Below are positions 27,251-40,477 of a stretch of 64,000 nt of DNA, in pieces (position 1 is the first letter of the stretch; each line of letters starts with the position of its first letter). Made by a program: the position numbers and the translations under genes. The notes below the pieces were generated by a model. It had not been told where the DNA came from, searched no databases, and was given only the letters and a program-made list of their open reading frames with translations. Source of the stretch: Schmidtea nova (lineage: Eukaryota); NCBI GenBank assembly GCA_044892505.1, contig CM097882.1:96038001-96102000 (forward strand). Direction: 5' to 3'.

Positions 27251-28608
27251 AGTCGTCGTAAAAGTGCGACGAAGCATTTGCCTTGTAACATGTTTTCGTC
27301 TCTTCCATTAAGTAAATTAGGTATGGTTATTTCCAATTTGTGATAATCATTTTATTATTGTATATATTTATATTTTTTTTCAAGGGCTTTCAAAAATCAA
27401 AGTCATGCAGCATCATTTTTCAATTTTCATCATCTTCATCAATACTGAAAATCGTGGCTCCTAATTTTATAACTATTTGTCTAAATAACATGTTTATATA
27501 TGTATATATTTATTAAGAATTTTGTTAATTTTAAAATTCAATTTTTACGAATTTTACAATAAATAATTAAAAGAATGGATATTTTCTAATTATATATAGA
27601 TTAATAAAACGCGATAAAAATCGTTTTTTTTGACATTTTCTTGGAAAAAAACGAGCGTGAAGTGGTTAATATAAATAAGGTCACTGATGAGACAGTAATT
27701 AGAGAAGTGTAGGCTAAACAATCAGTTGTTTTTGCGAAATCATAAATACGGTTATTGACAATCTTAATATAATTATAAATATATTTGAATATAAATATTA
27801 TTTGAATATAAATATATTTGGAATTTTTAAATTTTGGAGTATTTGAATTTAACAGTAAATAAACCTAAGAAACAACTCAAAACGAATGTAAGTCACATTT
27901 TTAGCTTATTTATTTCATAATATTTGATTTCTATTTGATTTCGACTAACTTTGTATAATTGATAAAGAATTTGCAATGAGTTTTTTTACAGAATTTCATG
28001 CCAATTACTACAAATGAACATTAAGGGAAACCTTTTATTGATTTTTTCTGTTGTGAGGAATTACCACTACTATATTGATTATTTATTTTTATTACGAAAG
28101 ATCTTTTGATTAGATATTGATTTTATTGGATTTCTCATGATATCAAAAGATTATTTTACTTCTATTAATGCTTATTACCTTTATTACTAAGATTACTTTG
28201 ACTGAAACGAACACTTCCTTAGTTGAATTTTAATCATATTCATATTTATATTTATCATTACAATTTGGAGTCAGACCTGTGTTAAGGTCAAGATATTCCC
28301 AATTTATTTGTTAGAAGATTGGGGAATTTAAAAAATTTAAATATTATACAGTGGGAAATGGAAGGTATAGAATAAATATACATATAGACAAGAATGTCAA
28401 CAATGAGCACCAAAGTCCCATAATTGAACCAGACTCTATGGAAACTGAATAACAATTATTTTGATATGATAACAATTATGTGATGAGAATTATGTTTTAT
28501 TTGATTAATTGATAATTTTATTTTATTTGTTATGTTTTGGTAATTTTTATTAATTTTTATGCGGCTTGGGGAATAATTGTTTTTGTCATTGTCAATAAAA
28601 GATTTTAA

Positions 28609-31310
28609 CCCTTTAAAAACTAAAACCGTTTACAAACGACCATCATAAAAACACCATTCAATTCAAATCAAAACATTTTCGCGTTCCAACCAGTAAGACC
28701 GTTTTTCGACTGTAAAACTCACCACCACAACTTGCAGGTTTGAACACGATCAAACACATGGTTTGCTTGTAACGGTCAGTTTGGTTGAGAACTTCTGAAT
28801 TGGAAGCCGTTAATAATATTTCGTGATTACACGCAAATTAAAATTAAAAAATAGTTATAATTCCATAGCTCCATCGACTTTTGTAAATTTTTTGTTCTTA
28901 TTTTTTTGATAATAAATTTTTAGTTTCAATTTTTTTTTATATTTTTGTGTTCGAAATGAGAATTTTGTAAACACCTACAAGCGATGTTAGTTGTTAGGCC
29001 GAAAAAAATTCCTGATATTTTACCATTATGCAATTTTATCTTCATCTATTTTTATATACTTTTAGGGTTATTTTGTAAATTTTTGTATAATTTTTTGATT
29101 TCAGAAAATGTCAGGATTCGATAAACATAAAAAGTTCCAATTTTCCTTAATGACTGACAAAAAAATTAAAGAATTACTGAATTCAGATAAAACTGACGAT
29201 GAATCTGATTTTGATGATGATTTTGAAGATCCAGATTATCATTGTGATGAACTTCAACCTGAAAAAAAACATTGATAAAATTGATATTGTAGGTAAACTG
29301 GCTGTAGCTCCGCTCTTTACTGAGGTTCAAGAACTATCAACAGAAACAACAACGTCAACGCCACAGGATGTTGTTACAGTTCCAGAAGGAAAAAAGTCAT
29401 TTAAGCCTAAGAAAAGAGCTCGATCACCATTTCCAAGCATAGAAGCTTCAGGATGACATGTAATACCATTATCTGGTGGATTCACTTGATATAGTTTAGC
29501 GAATATTGACAAGGAATCAAAAGAGTTCAAAGAAATATGATGGCGTAAAAAGTGCATTCAGTAGAGGAAATATAGATTTGCCCTCTGAAGTGAAAAAATT
29601 GCAAACACCGTTGCATTTTTTAATTATTTTTTTATCGAAGATTTATTGGAGTTGATAAGTTCAGAAACCCAGCAAGCTGCAACTGAAGAAAACGTCGACG
29701 CACAGTTTAAAATTGACAAATACGGAATTTCTCGATACATTGGAGTTTTGATTTTTATGTCAGTTTTCCGTTATCCAAACACAGAAGATCACTGGAGTGA
29801 ATTCGGGTTTCGACACATACCGGCGTCGATGTAAAAAAATAGATTTGAGCAGATTAAAAATATTTATCGTTTAACGATGAATCAAAACGTATAAAAAAGG
29901 GTAATATAGGATATGATCCCAATTTTCGAATCAGAAAAATTGCGACTTTGATTCTATCCCGAAAAATGCTCGCTTATCCATTGATGAGCAAATGTGTTCA
30001 ACAAAAATGGTTCACCATTTACGCCAGTTTTTACCGGATAAACCCCATAAATGGTGCGTAAAGATATTTGTCATGTGTGATAGCAATGGTTATTCATACC
30101 GCTTCGAAATATATGCTGGAGCCAAAAATGATGACATTATTATACCTGATACACCAGACATTGGAGCAACAGAAAATATTGTTATCAGGTTGACTCAAAC
30201 AGTGCCAAATTTTGTGAATCATATATTGTATTTTGACAATTTCTATACTTCTCTGCCGTTTATGGTGTATCTCAGGACACGTGGCATTTATTCCTTTGGG
30301 ACTGTGAGAGCTAACCGCATTCCTAACTGTAAACTTCCAACTATGAACAGCAAAGAATTAAAAAAAGCACCTCCAGGTTATTCGACGGAATTCATTGGAT
30401 CAGCTTACGGTGTCAATATTGTCACAGTTTCGTGGAAAAATACGAAGAATGTACAACTGTGCTCAGCCTACGTCGGCACAAAGCCTTTCCTAAGACTTAA
30501 TACAGAGAATCAACAATCAAAAATAGCCCGATACAATAGAAAACAAAAATCATATAATGAAATTGATTGTCCATGAATTATCCGAGAGTACAACGCCTAT
30601 ATGGGCGGTGTCGATTTCATGGATTCTTTTATCGGTCGCAATGGACTTAAAATTAAAACCCAGAACATGGCAACCAGAATATTCTACCATCTTCTGGATA
30701 TGGGCATAACAAATGTGTTTGTTTTGTACAGAAGACTGAACGCTGAAAAGAACCAAACTGCATATAGTAACGATAAATTAAAAGACATGACAATGAGGGA
30801 ATTTCGCGTGAGTATTGCAAAAGAGCTTTGTGTTTCTGTAGAAAAACGCACAGTTGGCCGTCCATCTACTCAACCAATTTCCAGTAATTGTGTTGGTAAA
30901 AAAGCAGTTCACCCAGTGGCAAATGTAAGATTCGATGAGATTAATCATTTTCCGGAATGGAGGTCAAAAAAATTTTGCAAATACTGCAAGAAATCAGATA
31001 CCCACACATTTTGCATCAAATATAACTTGCATTTATGTTTTTCCAAAGTTAAAAATTGTTTTAAATTATATCATAATGCTTATTATATCATAAAAAACAT
31101 TAATTTCTTTTACATATGCTCATAGTTTTATTTTTTTTATCGTAACCCACTAAGACTGTCTACAAACGGTCTTTCATTTTTCTCACCTGACGCTCTTAGG
31201 TAAGTAAATTCCAAATAAACTTCACATTCATGTATTTTTGTCTATAGTTATACTAAAACAAAAATTATTATGACAAAATTCCTCGTAATTCTATTTCAGT
31301 GGTTTAAGGG
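28609..31310 (+). mobile_element. piggyBac DNA transposon, full length and decayed
   Basis: TTAA TSDs at 28605-28608 and 31311-31314; CCCTT... and ...AAGGG imperfect TIRs. Confidence 0.92.
29108..31125 (+). pseudogene. piggyBac transposase, with multiple frameshifts and stops
   Basis: Catalytic motifs SIDEQM, YFDNFYTS, MGGVDFMD; C-terminal Cys-rich CKYCKKSDTHTFCIKYNLHLC. Confidence 0.93.
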
Positions 31311-31648
31311 TTAATAAAAGATTTTTAATAAATAAAGTAATAACAAGTGGAAGGGGACACTTGCGAGTAAAACTCAAAATGATAATTAATAGATCAAAAA
31401 GATTGATAATAAATATATTTCGATATATTCATTACTACCTTCAGAAAATAAAATATATTTCGACAGATTCACTGCCATCATCAAAAATTACCAAAAAAAT
31501 AATTTTAAAAATATTAAATTTTTATTAATTAAGAGGCTAAAATTAATTTATTTTGTTTTTTGTTTTCGGAGTGATTTTTAGAAATAAGGGCACTTCAGCG
31601 CCGTAACAGAATTGAAAAGAAGGGACTTGAGTGTTGTTTTTGTGAGCG

Positions 31649-31912
31649 NNNNNNNNNNNNNNNNNNNNNNNNNNNNNNNNNNNNNNNNNNNNNNNNNNNN
31701 NNNNNNNNNNNNNNNNNNNNNNNNNNNNNNNNNNNNNNNNNNNNNNNNNNNNNNNNNNNNNNNNNNNNNNNNNNNNNNNNNNNNNNNNNNNNNNNNNNNN
31801 NNNNNNNNNNNNNNNNNNNNNNNNNNNNNNNNNNNNNNNNNNNNNNNNNNNNNNNNNNNNNNNNNNNNNNNNNNNNNNNNNNNNNNNNNNNNNNNNNNNN
31901 NNNNNNNNNNNN
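31649..31912. other. Assembly gap (N run)
   Basis: Run of n. Confidence 1.
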
Positions 31913-32399
31913 AATTCACAGCAACGAATGGTTTTAAGATAAATAAAAAATAAAATACGTTTTCAAAATTATTAAAGGTGAATAAAATGATGTTGAATTA
32001 ATTATTCCAAAATATGTATTTATAAACATATGATATGTTTCAATAATTAATTTCCTTCATAAACATATATTAATGAAAATCATCCTTAAATTGAATTAAA
32101 AAATTCATCAAATGCAAATTATCAATAGTAAATAAAAAAATAATAGTTTGATTATTAATAAGGATTATAGTAATGATGGTAGGGTTATAATGAATGCAAC
32201 TACATCAAGATACACATGTCAAATAAAGAAATTATTATCAATTAAAACAAAAAAATAAATAATAAGGAAATAGATAGATAGAAACAAATTACTAAAAAAT
32301 TTATGTTATAAATGATGTACAGATATCAGCCGACATAGATTACCACATTTTTAACCCAAAGGATGCTGAGAAACGAGATGACTCTAAAAATAGAAATTG

Positions 32400-32810
32400 A
32401 TGTTTGAACTTTTAAAAATAGAAATTTTGTTGTTCAAAAACAAATAATATTGACAAACAGCAACCCATACCACTTAAAGTCAAGAACCACAAAAAATAAC
32501 TATATAAGCTAAGGTTTTACTCAGTAGAATCGCCCAAAAATTATTTGCTAAGAAGAATTGCAAATTCAGATATTGATATTGTAATATAATTTCGAGCATA
32601 CAATTTTAAATACCTGAGCTCATGAAACTGCAAGCATTCACACACACACGCATACACGCATATAGATATAAATTAAAAAGCAAAGGTATTATATTTTGAG
32701 GTAATTGTTATTTTATTTGAAAGCTTGTAATTTGTTATAATTGAATATAATCTTAGAACCAGTCTTTGTTTTTATTTATATATGAAACACCAAGTTGAGA
32801 TTTCGGAATC
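32400..32810. repeat. Dispersed repeat of unknown class, related to about 13990-14370
   Basis: Shared blocks ATAGAAATTTTGTT.TTCAAAAACAAAT..TATTGACA..C..CAACCC and GAACCAGT..T...TTATTTAT..A..AACA..AAGTTGAGATT at both sites. Confidence 0.55.
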
Positions 32811-35800
32811 TCAATATATTTAAATATTGTTCGTTGTGATCTTAACATGTTGAACTAAAAATGGCAAATCTATTTATATATATACCATTTTCAGGCCATT
32901 AAATTAAATTGATGCATTAAAACAAATCGTTCAAGGATTTTCTTTTCGATTAATTTAATTTATTTAAAAGTTAAATATTTTATTTAAATAAATTTATTTA
33001 TTTTTATGAATAAAATTTTATCTATTAATTTAATAAATTTATATTTTTTACAATTTATTTTTGCATTTTTTACATTTAATTGTTAAAATTAAGAAAATTT
33101 TTATAAAATTTTTATATTTACTTAATACTTTTGCGAGTTTTTTTGTTGAATTGTTCTGTTTGTGTTTTGTCTCGTGCTTATTTCTTGCGATTTGTTCAAT
33201 TTAATTTTTATTTTTGTTTTAATTATTTTATACTTATGTTGGGTCAGCCAAGTAAAATAAACAAATAAATTATATAATAGGAAATTTCCCAACATTAACA
33301 AGATATCTAAAATAAAATAATAATAACCCAAGAAATAACCATTAAAAGAAACACACTTACCAGAACAATAACAGAGGTAATCCATGCCAGTTGACTGAAC
33401 AAGAAGCAAAAAAGGAAAAATCAATAGTTGCTATAAAAATATAATTACAATTACTCATAATTCCAAAAAATAGCCTAAATTATAAATTACGGCGAGAAAA
33501 AATAAAATTTCAATTAAAACCACCTGTTACACACTAAGTCCAATAAGTAAGCCGAAACGAAATTTAAGTAAAAATCAAATCAATAAATTTACATGAGGAA
33601 CCCGAAGCTGAAAAATGGAAATACTATTAATCTAAACAGTTGGCAATAAAATAAATATCTGTCAATTATAGTAACATACGAACAATTCTGATTGACTAAG
33701 ACAGCTACAGAAAATACAATAAATACGTGAGTCAAATTCAGTCAAAAAACGCCTTTTGATACCTTTTCAGTTTAGTTATCATTGTATTGAACAGTTATCA
33801 GCAACCTTGTGAATTTGAAAACTTTGTCGAATTGGAATCAATAAAGGTATATGGTTATTTTAGTTGTTAGATTTAATGTTTTCGGTTACACCCCATATAT
33901 ATTCCATATGTTTTGTAGGTAAAATATATAAGGACACGTTCCGACGGGCGCTAAGTTTCCTCCAGATCCGGCGCTCTTCGGAGTGTTAGGCGGTGTGGCG
34001 TACTAGCACCAAATATGGGTAGGGATGATATTTGCATAGGGCATCGAGTGAATGTTATGATGAAAAGGAACTAGTAGAGATTACCACATGCATAGCATGA
34101 TCCCAAAAGGAGCGAAGTAAACCAACAAAAGGCACTAGGTACCTCAATCAACCTATATGTAGATTTTTCAGAGAAACGCAGTTTATTCACATACAGAGGG
34201 ATACAATAGGCAAATTTTTATTTTAAGCCATGCTGGCCGACAATCTTTTATTACATTAGGTTGAGGGAATTTTCGGAAACCGACCACCGCATTAGTAAGA
34301 AGTTATAAGCCTATAAAAATATGATCATAGCAGCACCGATGATAGGATGAAACCCTAAATCTAGTAAATTAATAACACCAAAACACGAGGAATTTCTATT
34401 GAACAAGTACACGGAATTAATAGTTTGACATCACTAGCAACGATTAAGATAACTACAACGATCATATAATTGTGAGTGACGAAATAATCACCGGAAATGT
34501 TGGATATTTCCCATTGAGTGAGAAATACTCCAGAGAGAGTACTGATTGAGGGGTGATGATTGAATGTAGGATTGATTGAAGGCAAAGAGATTGTTCCATG
34601 AAAGGGTATGATTAAATGTCTCCGTGAAGTGGATATTGTCATGTAGTATGCGATGTTTATAACAGGTCGGACGAGCCCATAATTTAACATCCAATAGCCT
34701 GCCTATTGCTGAGTAGTTAGATGAAAACCCATAGTGACACCAATTCGAACCGAGTAAAATTGTTTGAATATTAAACCCCGAGAAAATTTCTCTAACCCTC
34801 AGACAAACGACAGTTTAGAAAATCGATTTGAGTAAATGGCAATCCGGTTGACTAAGCGATTGGAATTAATCACACCAGCCGTCACCAATTTTGATCGCAA
34901 TCGATCGTATTAAATATGACATCTGTGAAAATCGTTGGAAAAAAATTTCTTTATTAAGAACAACGTCATAAAAGCTACCGTAGCAGAAAATCAATCGAGA
35001 CAATATAATTTTTCCACGTCGAAATATAATACATGGAACGACAAAAATGGCACCTTTATGGAAAATCTCTCCACCGAAATCCCAGTGATTCCGAATAAAG
35101 CCTAATGTTTATTACCGAGATGGCAAAGTAAAGTAGATTTGAAGCTGGCCGCTGAAACAAGCCCCGCACAAAATCCTGAACGACATATTCCACCAGATCC
35201 GCCAATGGCGACTACATTCAAATCCAGAGCTCGGGTCAGTTTGTGGGACAAGCCCACGGAAGCGTTCTGGTATGAGGGATGCCCTCCATGGCCGTCAGAA
35301 AATCATGTAAAATTTGCAAATAAGTGGTTCATCGTTCTGAACGACGCCGATCTAACCCCACGATGGGTGATTTCTTCCTGTGCAATTCCAACCCGTGGCC
35401 TGCACCGATTAGGGTACGTACTACTAGATCGGCGGACACAATTTGTTTTGTAAGGTAAGTTCAATTAACTATTTTCATGTTTTAAGTTAAATAATTTATT
35501 TTTAAATACCTATTTTATTCTTGAATTCTGAAGGAAGTAAATTTATCTCAGTCATTCAAATAACAATTTGTTATAGTTATTGATGAAAAATAATAAATGG
35601 AAACTAGTTTAGTTAAGTCGTTTTGTTAATTTTCTTTCATTATGGTTGTCTGGTTTGCATGAGAAGGCCGAGTGTGGTATAGTTTATTCATGGGGGAAGC
35701 AAATCAGTATTAATATCAATACAGTGCACGTTCATCATTGAGAGATTAAAGCCGTATGAGTTGAATAAGTGGGTGTAGAATGTTTGATTTATCGTTCTCT

Positions 35801-37729
35801 AAAGTGAATGCAGACTAGTGGTAACATAAGTAGCTGACGACGATGGTTATAGGTAAATGCAGGTAATAGCGGATGTCGGAACTTGTATGGACTGACAATT
35901 TTCCTGAATTAAGATAATAGTTAGCGGGATAATTAAAAAGTGCAGTGAGCATTATGTTTACACTAGATTTCAGGCAGGAAAAAATTGACAAACATCACAC
36001 TAAATAATTTTTATATTTTTTAATGTTATTAAAAAACTTTTGTAATTCCTAAAGTTGAAGCATAATTAATAATAAAATATGTTTTTTAAATTTCTTTTAA
36101 TGTGGTGAATATAGATTTTTAAAATGAAAAAATGCGTCGGTGTCACACAAAAATAGTATAAATAGGCGCTGAAAAATCATAACTTAACTTAATTTTGCGA
36201 AGTCAGTGGATTTTTAAATTATTTTCTCGCTCGCCAACCCAGATCGGTATTAAATTTTCTCATTCAAGTGGAACAATTTTGTACAGACAAGTATGTTTAT
36301 TTGTTTTATGTTTTGTAATTCTTAAATTTTGACAATAAATATTTGAAACATGGCTGTTATGCCTGTCTCAATTTTATTTTCCCGAATTAAACTGATTTAG
36401 GAGGAGCTCTGTCGGTTCACGGGCCATGATGTTCTTGAACTGAACAGTCGAGTCGAGTCTTCTAACCATCGTCTTAATAAATTATATAGAATGGTTAGGG
36501 TAAAGATAATTAGTGGAATGTAATTGGAAGATAGACTATGATGAATAGACAAGGTGTTATTGGATATTTTTTGGGAGAGATAGGCAGATATAATACCATA
36601 AATGCGATGTCATAGAAAGTTAGAAGTGGATAAATTGTAATAGGATCTTTAAAGTAAAGAATAATTATGCGCGTAAGACCTTCTGTTGGCAGCAGGAACC
36701 CAGAAGAAAGAATGCAATGAGTAGTTTTGGCAACGAAGGTCATCTGGTCATTGAATTCTCGCACCACTGTGTACATTACCAACATAGTTTACCAAGGAGT
36801 AACTATGGGTACATGAGTGAGGTAGATTTAACATTTTCATGATCGTGTGGGTTATAGTAATCCCTAGAAAAATAATTTTTAAACAATATACATAATAAGT
36901 TAAGGAGATAATAGCTGAATATGTTCCTAGTGATAAATGGAATTCATGAAATCATCTAAAAAGATGTATCAGCGAAATTCTCACAATGTCACAGATCTAT
37001 AATGAAATAATTATAAATTCTTCCCAATATTTTTACGATGTTTCCTTGCATTCTTCTCGGTAGGAACCATTCAATGTAGGGTTACCCAGTTTGTCAGACT
37101 GGTCAATCGTTGGCATTTCACCACTCACAGTACATTTTTACCAGGGGCTACAAAGTCTAGCTTAGATCGATGTACGGGTGTTGGTCTAGCTTTGATTGGG
37201 TTATATGTGCATATTTATTATATTTTATTATTATATTTTATTATTATCTTTATTATCTTGTATGTTTCTAATATGATAATGTGTGTGATGGATATATTTT
37301 CTGTCGTGGGATGTTAGTTAGTTTTTTTATTAATATTAATTTGTAAAATTAATATTTTATTCAATAATTTAAAAACCTGTTCCTTGTTACACGTCCTGTG
37401 TATGTTCTTATAAAACTCTCATTATATCGTAAAACTCGTATAACTAGTCAATCATAACAAAATTTTATCAATTCTTCTTTTGATTGAGAAAAAATTTAAC
37501 TTTTCTTTTTTTATAGATTGCTTAGTTATTACGCTTTATGGAAATAATGATACTCGTAAATATTTTTGTAATATATAATAATAAAGTTAAGGTGGTTTGT
37601 ATTCAAATTATTGATGTGATTAAATAAAATGAATCTTTTTTTTAAATATTAATATAATGTTATTAAAAGGATGATAATAAAATAATGATAGTCATAAATA
37701 TTATAATATATTATTAATATGCTTAGTGA

Positions 37730-39018
37730 TAGGGCTTCCAATACCGGGATCCCGGGATATTGAGGTATTCTGCAATCCCGGGATTATGGTACAAAAATCC
37801 CGGGATTTACATACTTTACGAAATTTTATCAAATAGTATGACAATTCTAATCTTTCAAAATATTGTATATATAAAACTTTTAATGTTAAATCAGAATTAA
37901 TGAGTGGACATCGATACGGAATTGGCGATACATGAATATAAACGTACATGCTGAAGAATCAAAATTCTGGAGCTTGGGTCTTGTTCGTATTAGTGGTACA
38001 ACGCCTGCAAAAAAGTGTATTGAATTGTTAGTATAAAAGTTAAATGAACATGGACTAAATTTGCATAAGGATATTATTTCTATTATGACAGATGGAGCCA
38101 GTGTTATGACAAAAGTTCGAAAGTTATTATCACTAGATCAACAATTATGTTTGGCACACGGTATACAGCTTTCAGTTATTGACGTTTTATACAAAAAGTC
38201 AGATAAAAGAGCCGAATCAGATGAAGATACTCTAGTGCAGGGCTTCTTAAACTTTTTTCATTCACGACCCCATCTATGATTGTGGATTTTTGTGGTGACC
38301 CCATATAAATATAAAATAAAGATATATAAATATTTTATGATGATTTATTGATTAGGTTTAGAATTTGTTTAAAAACACATAAAAATTAAAAATTAAAAAT
38401 TGAACAAAAAGTTGCTAAATTGTATTTATTATAGTTAAAAAAGTTATATGCTGTATTTTTCATCAAAATTTCAGTTTTGGTAATAAAACATTTAACTTTT
38501 ATTTTGAATTCGTGTCTTTAAATATTTTACATTTAAATCTCGCGACCCCAGAATTTTGATAAGCGACCCCGTTTGGGGTCGCGACCCATAGTTTAAGAAG
38601 CCCTGCTCTAGTGGATAACCTTTCAGAATGCGAGACTGAACCTGAAATATGTGAGGAGTTGGAATATCACGGAGCAGAATTGGTAGTTCGAACCTGTTTG
38701 CCACCATGTGAAATAAATGATGCTTCGTTTGGGTCACTAATAAAGAAAGTGCGGAATCTTTGTTTAAACGCTCACCCACCAAAATTGATGATTTGCAAAA
38801 ATATGTCCGAGAGGATTTCGGGAAAGAAATTCCGTTAGTAAAGGATTGCAAGACTAGATGGAGTAGTCTATTGGTTATGTTAGTATAAACTTTTTACTTT
38901 ATATTATTTTTTTCAGCAGAGGAAGTCAATCCTGGGATCAATCCCGGGATCCCGGGATTTATAAAATGCAATCCCGAAATCCCGGGATCGGAATTTATGT
39001 CAGGGATTGGAAGCCCTA
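37730..39018 (+). mobile_element. hAT deletion derivative related to the 19362-22268 family
   Basis: TIR TAGGGCTTCCAAT/ATTGGAAGCCCTA; TSD CTTAGTGA/CTTAATGA (7 of 8); CCCGGGA subterminal repeats; transposase scraps (EWTS, MTDGASVM, CLAHGIQL). Confidence 0.9.
38238..38605. mobile_element. hAT (Buster/Charlie-type) MITE nested in the above element
   Basis: 16-bp perfect TIR CAGGGCTTCTTAAACT; perfect 8-bp TSD CTCTAGTG with central TA. Confidence 0.95.
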
Positions 39019-40477
39019 CTTAATGATAAATTCTATATTTAAGGCGATTTATATCCAAATTGTTGTTCAATTAATGTACAGGAAATTTGTTATATATAAG
39101 TAACACTGTGAAAGTTTGGTTTGTTAACACGATCATTTCTGAAGTTCCTGCATTCATTGGACGATTAACTTTAGTTATTTTATGTACGCTTTATGAAAAT
39201 TCCCACTATAAACATCTGGAGCTTAGTATGTTGTCTTGAAAGGTCTAATTTTAAGCTTAAAATTAATTGATGGAAGGTGTATTCGAAAGGTTTTATCCTG
39301 ATAACAAATTGGCAATAAGTTCGCTATATAAGATACGCTACTCTTTGGATGAACTTTACAATGTATATTACATTAATTAACTAGAAACAAAGATTAAATC
39401 TTTCCAATTTGTCAAGATATCAGGTAAAATCTAGTTTATTTCTGAGTCTAGGCATTAATAAGTCTTTAGAACATGGATTTTACATGTAATGAGATTATGT
39501 TGATTAATTGGGTTCAAATAGATCTTTAATAACTTCATTATTAGTGTCTGTTAAAGATTCTTTCAAAAGTTAGCCTAATTTTGTTCCTTGGACATAAAAT
39601 ACATTATTTTATAATCAAGTATTTTACGTTGAACACCTTTATTGATAGAATATCATTGAATAGTTTGGATGTTGAGAATGATTATTCTTTTCTGATGGAT
39701 CTCTGAATATGTAACCCTGTGGAACGAAATGTATATAGGTGAAATCGAGAGTTTATTATTACTAACGATCACCGCTACATACTTCGCACCACATAGTTAT
39801 AAATTCATCAATACATTTTCAATAAATGCTATGTGTGGGTATGTTGTTTTAATTAAAATACAATATTATAAAATATAGTTATGTTGCTTTTTGTCTTAGA
39901 ATGCAATACCGAATTTCAAAGAAATACAGTACGATTTGAATTTTCTCTAATTTGTTGTTAATTTACAAATATTAGTGATTTTTATTATTATTGTAATTTA
40001 TACGTGTTAATTATGCGAATTGTTTTATTTTTTATAAAACGTTTAATTAAATTGTGTTGGGTTTTCATGGTTATTAGTGTTTATCTGATGTTTTCTGATA
40101 GCATTTTAAATTCTCTTCTTGCACATTCTTTACATTCTATGTAACCTTTTCAATTAAATTAACTTATTTGGGATTTAGTTTTTTCCCAATACTACTTTTG
40201 GAGTTTGATTTCAGTTTAACTTTTTGATATTATGAAATCAAATTTGGAATCGTTAATTTTTAGAAGGTTAGATCATCTAATGTCTTTGGTATGTTATGTA
40301 TTTGAATTACGGTTCTGGCTTGGAATAGATTGTATGGCTAGATAACTCATAATTAAAACTAAAATGTTAAAGTGTTATCATTTACCGTACATATGGGATT
40401 ACTTAGTAAATGTAATAAATCAATTATATAATTCCTAAAAGGTTTGCTTCCAAAATTTATTTTATAAGGAAATAATC

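Noticed and set aside
31578-31953. ORFs spanning N runs (also 52625-52984 and 53119-53301)
   Set aside because: Artefacts of the assembly gaps.
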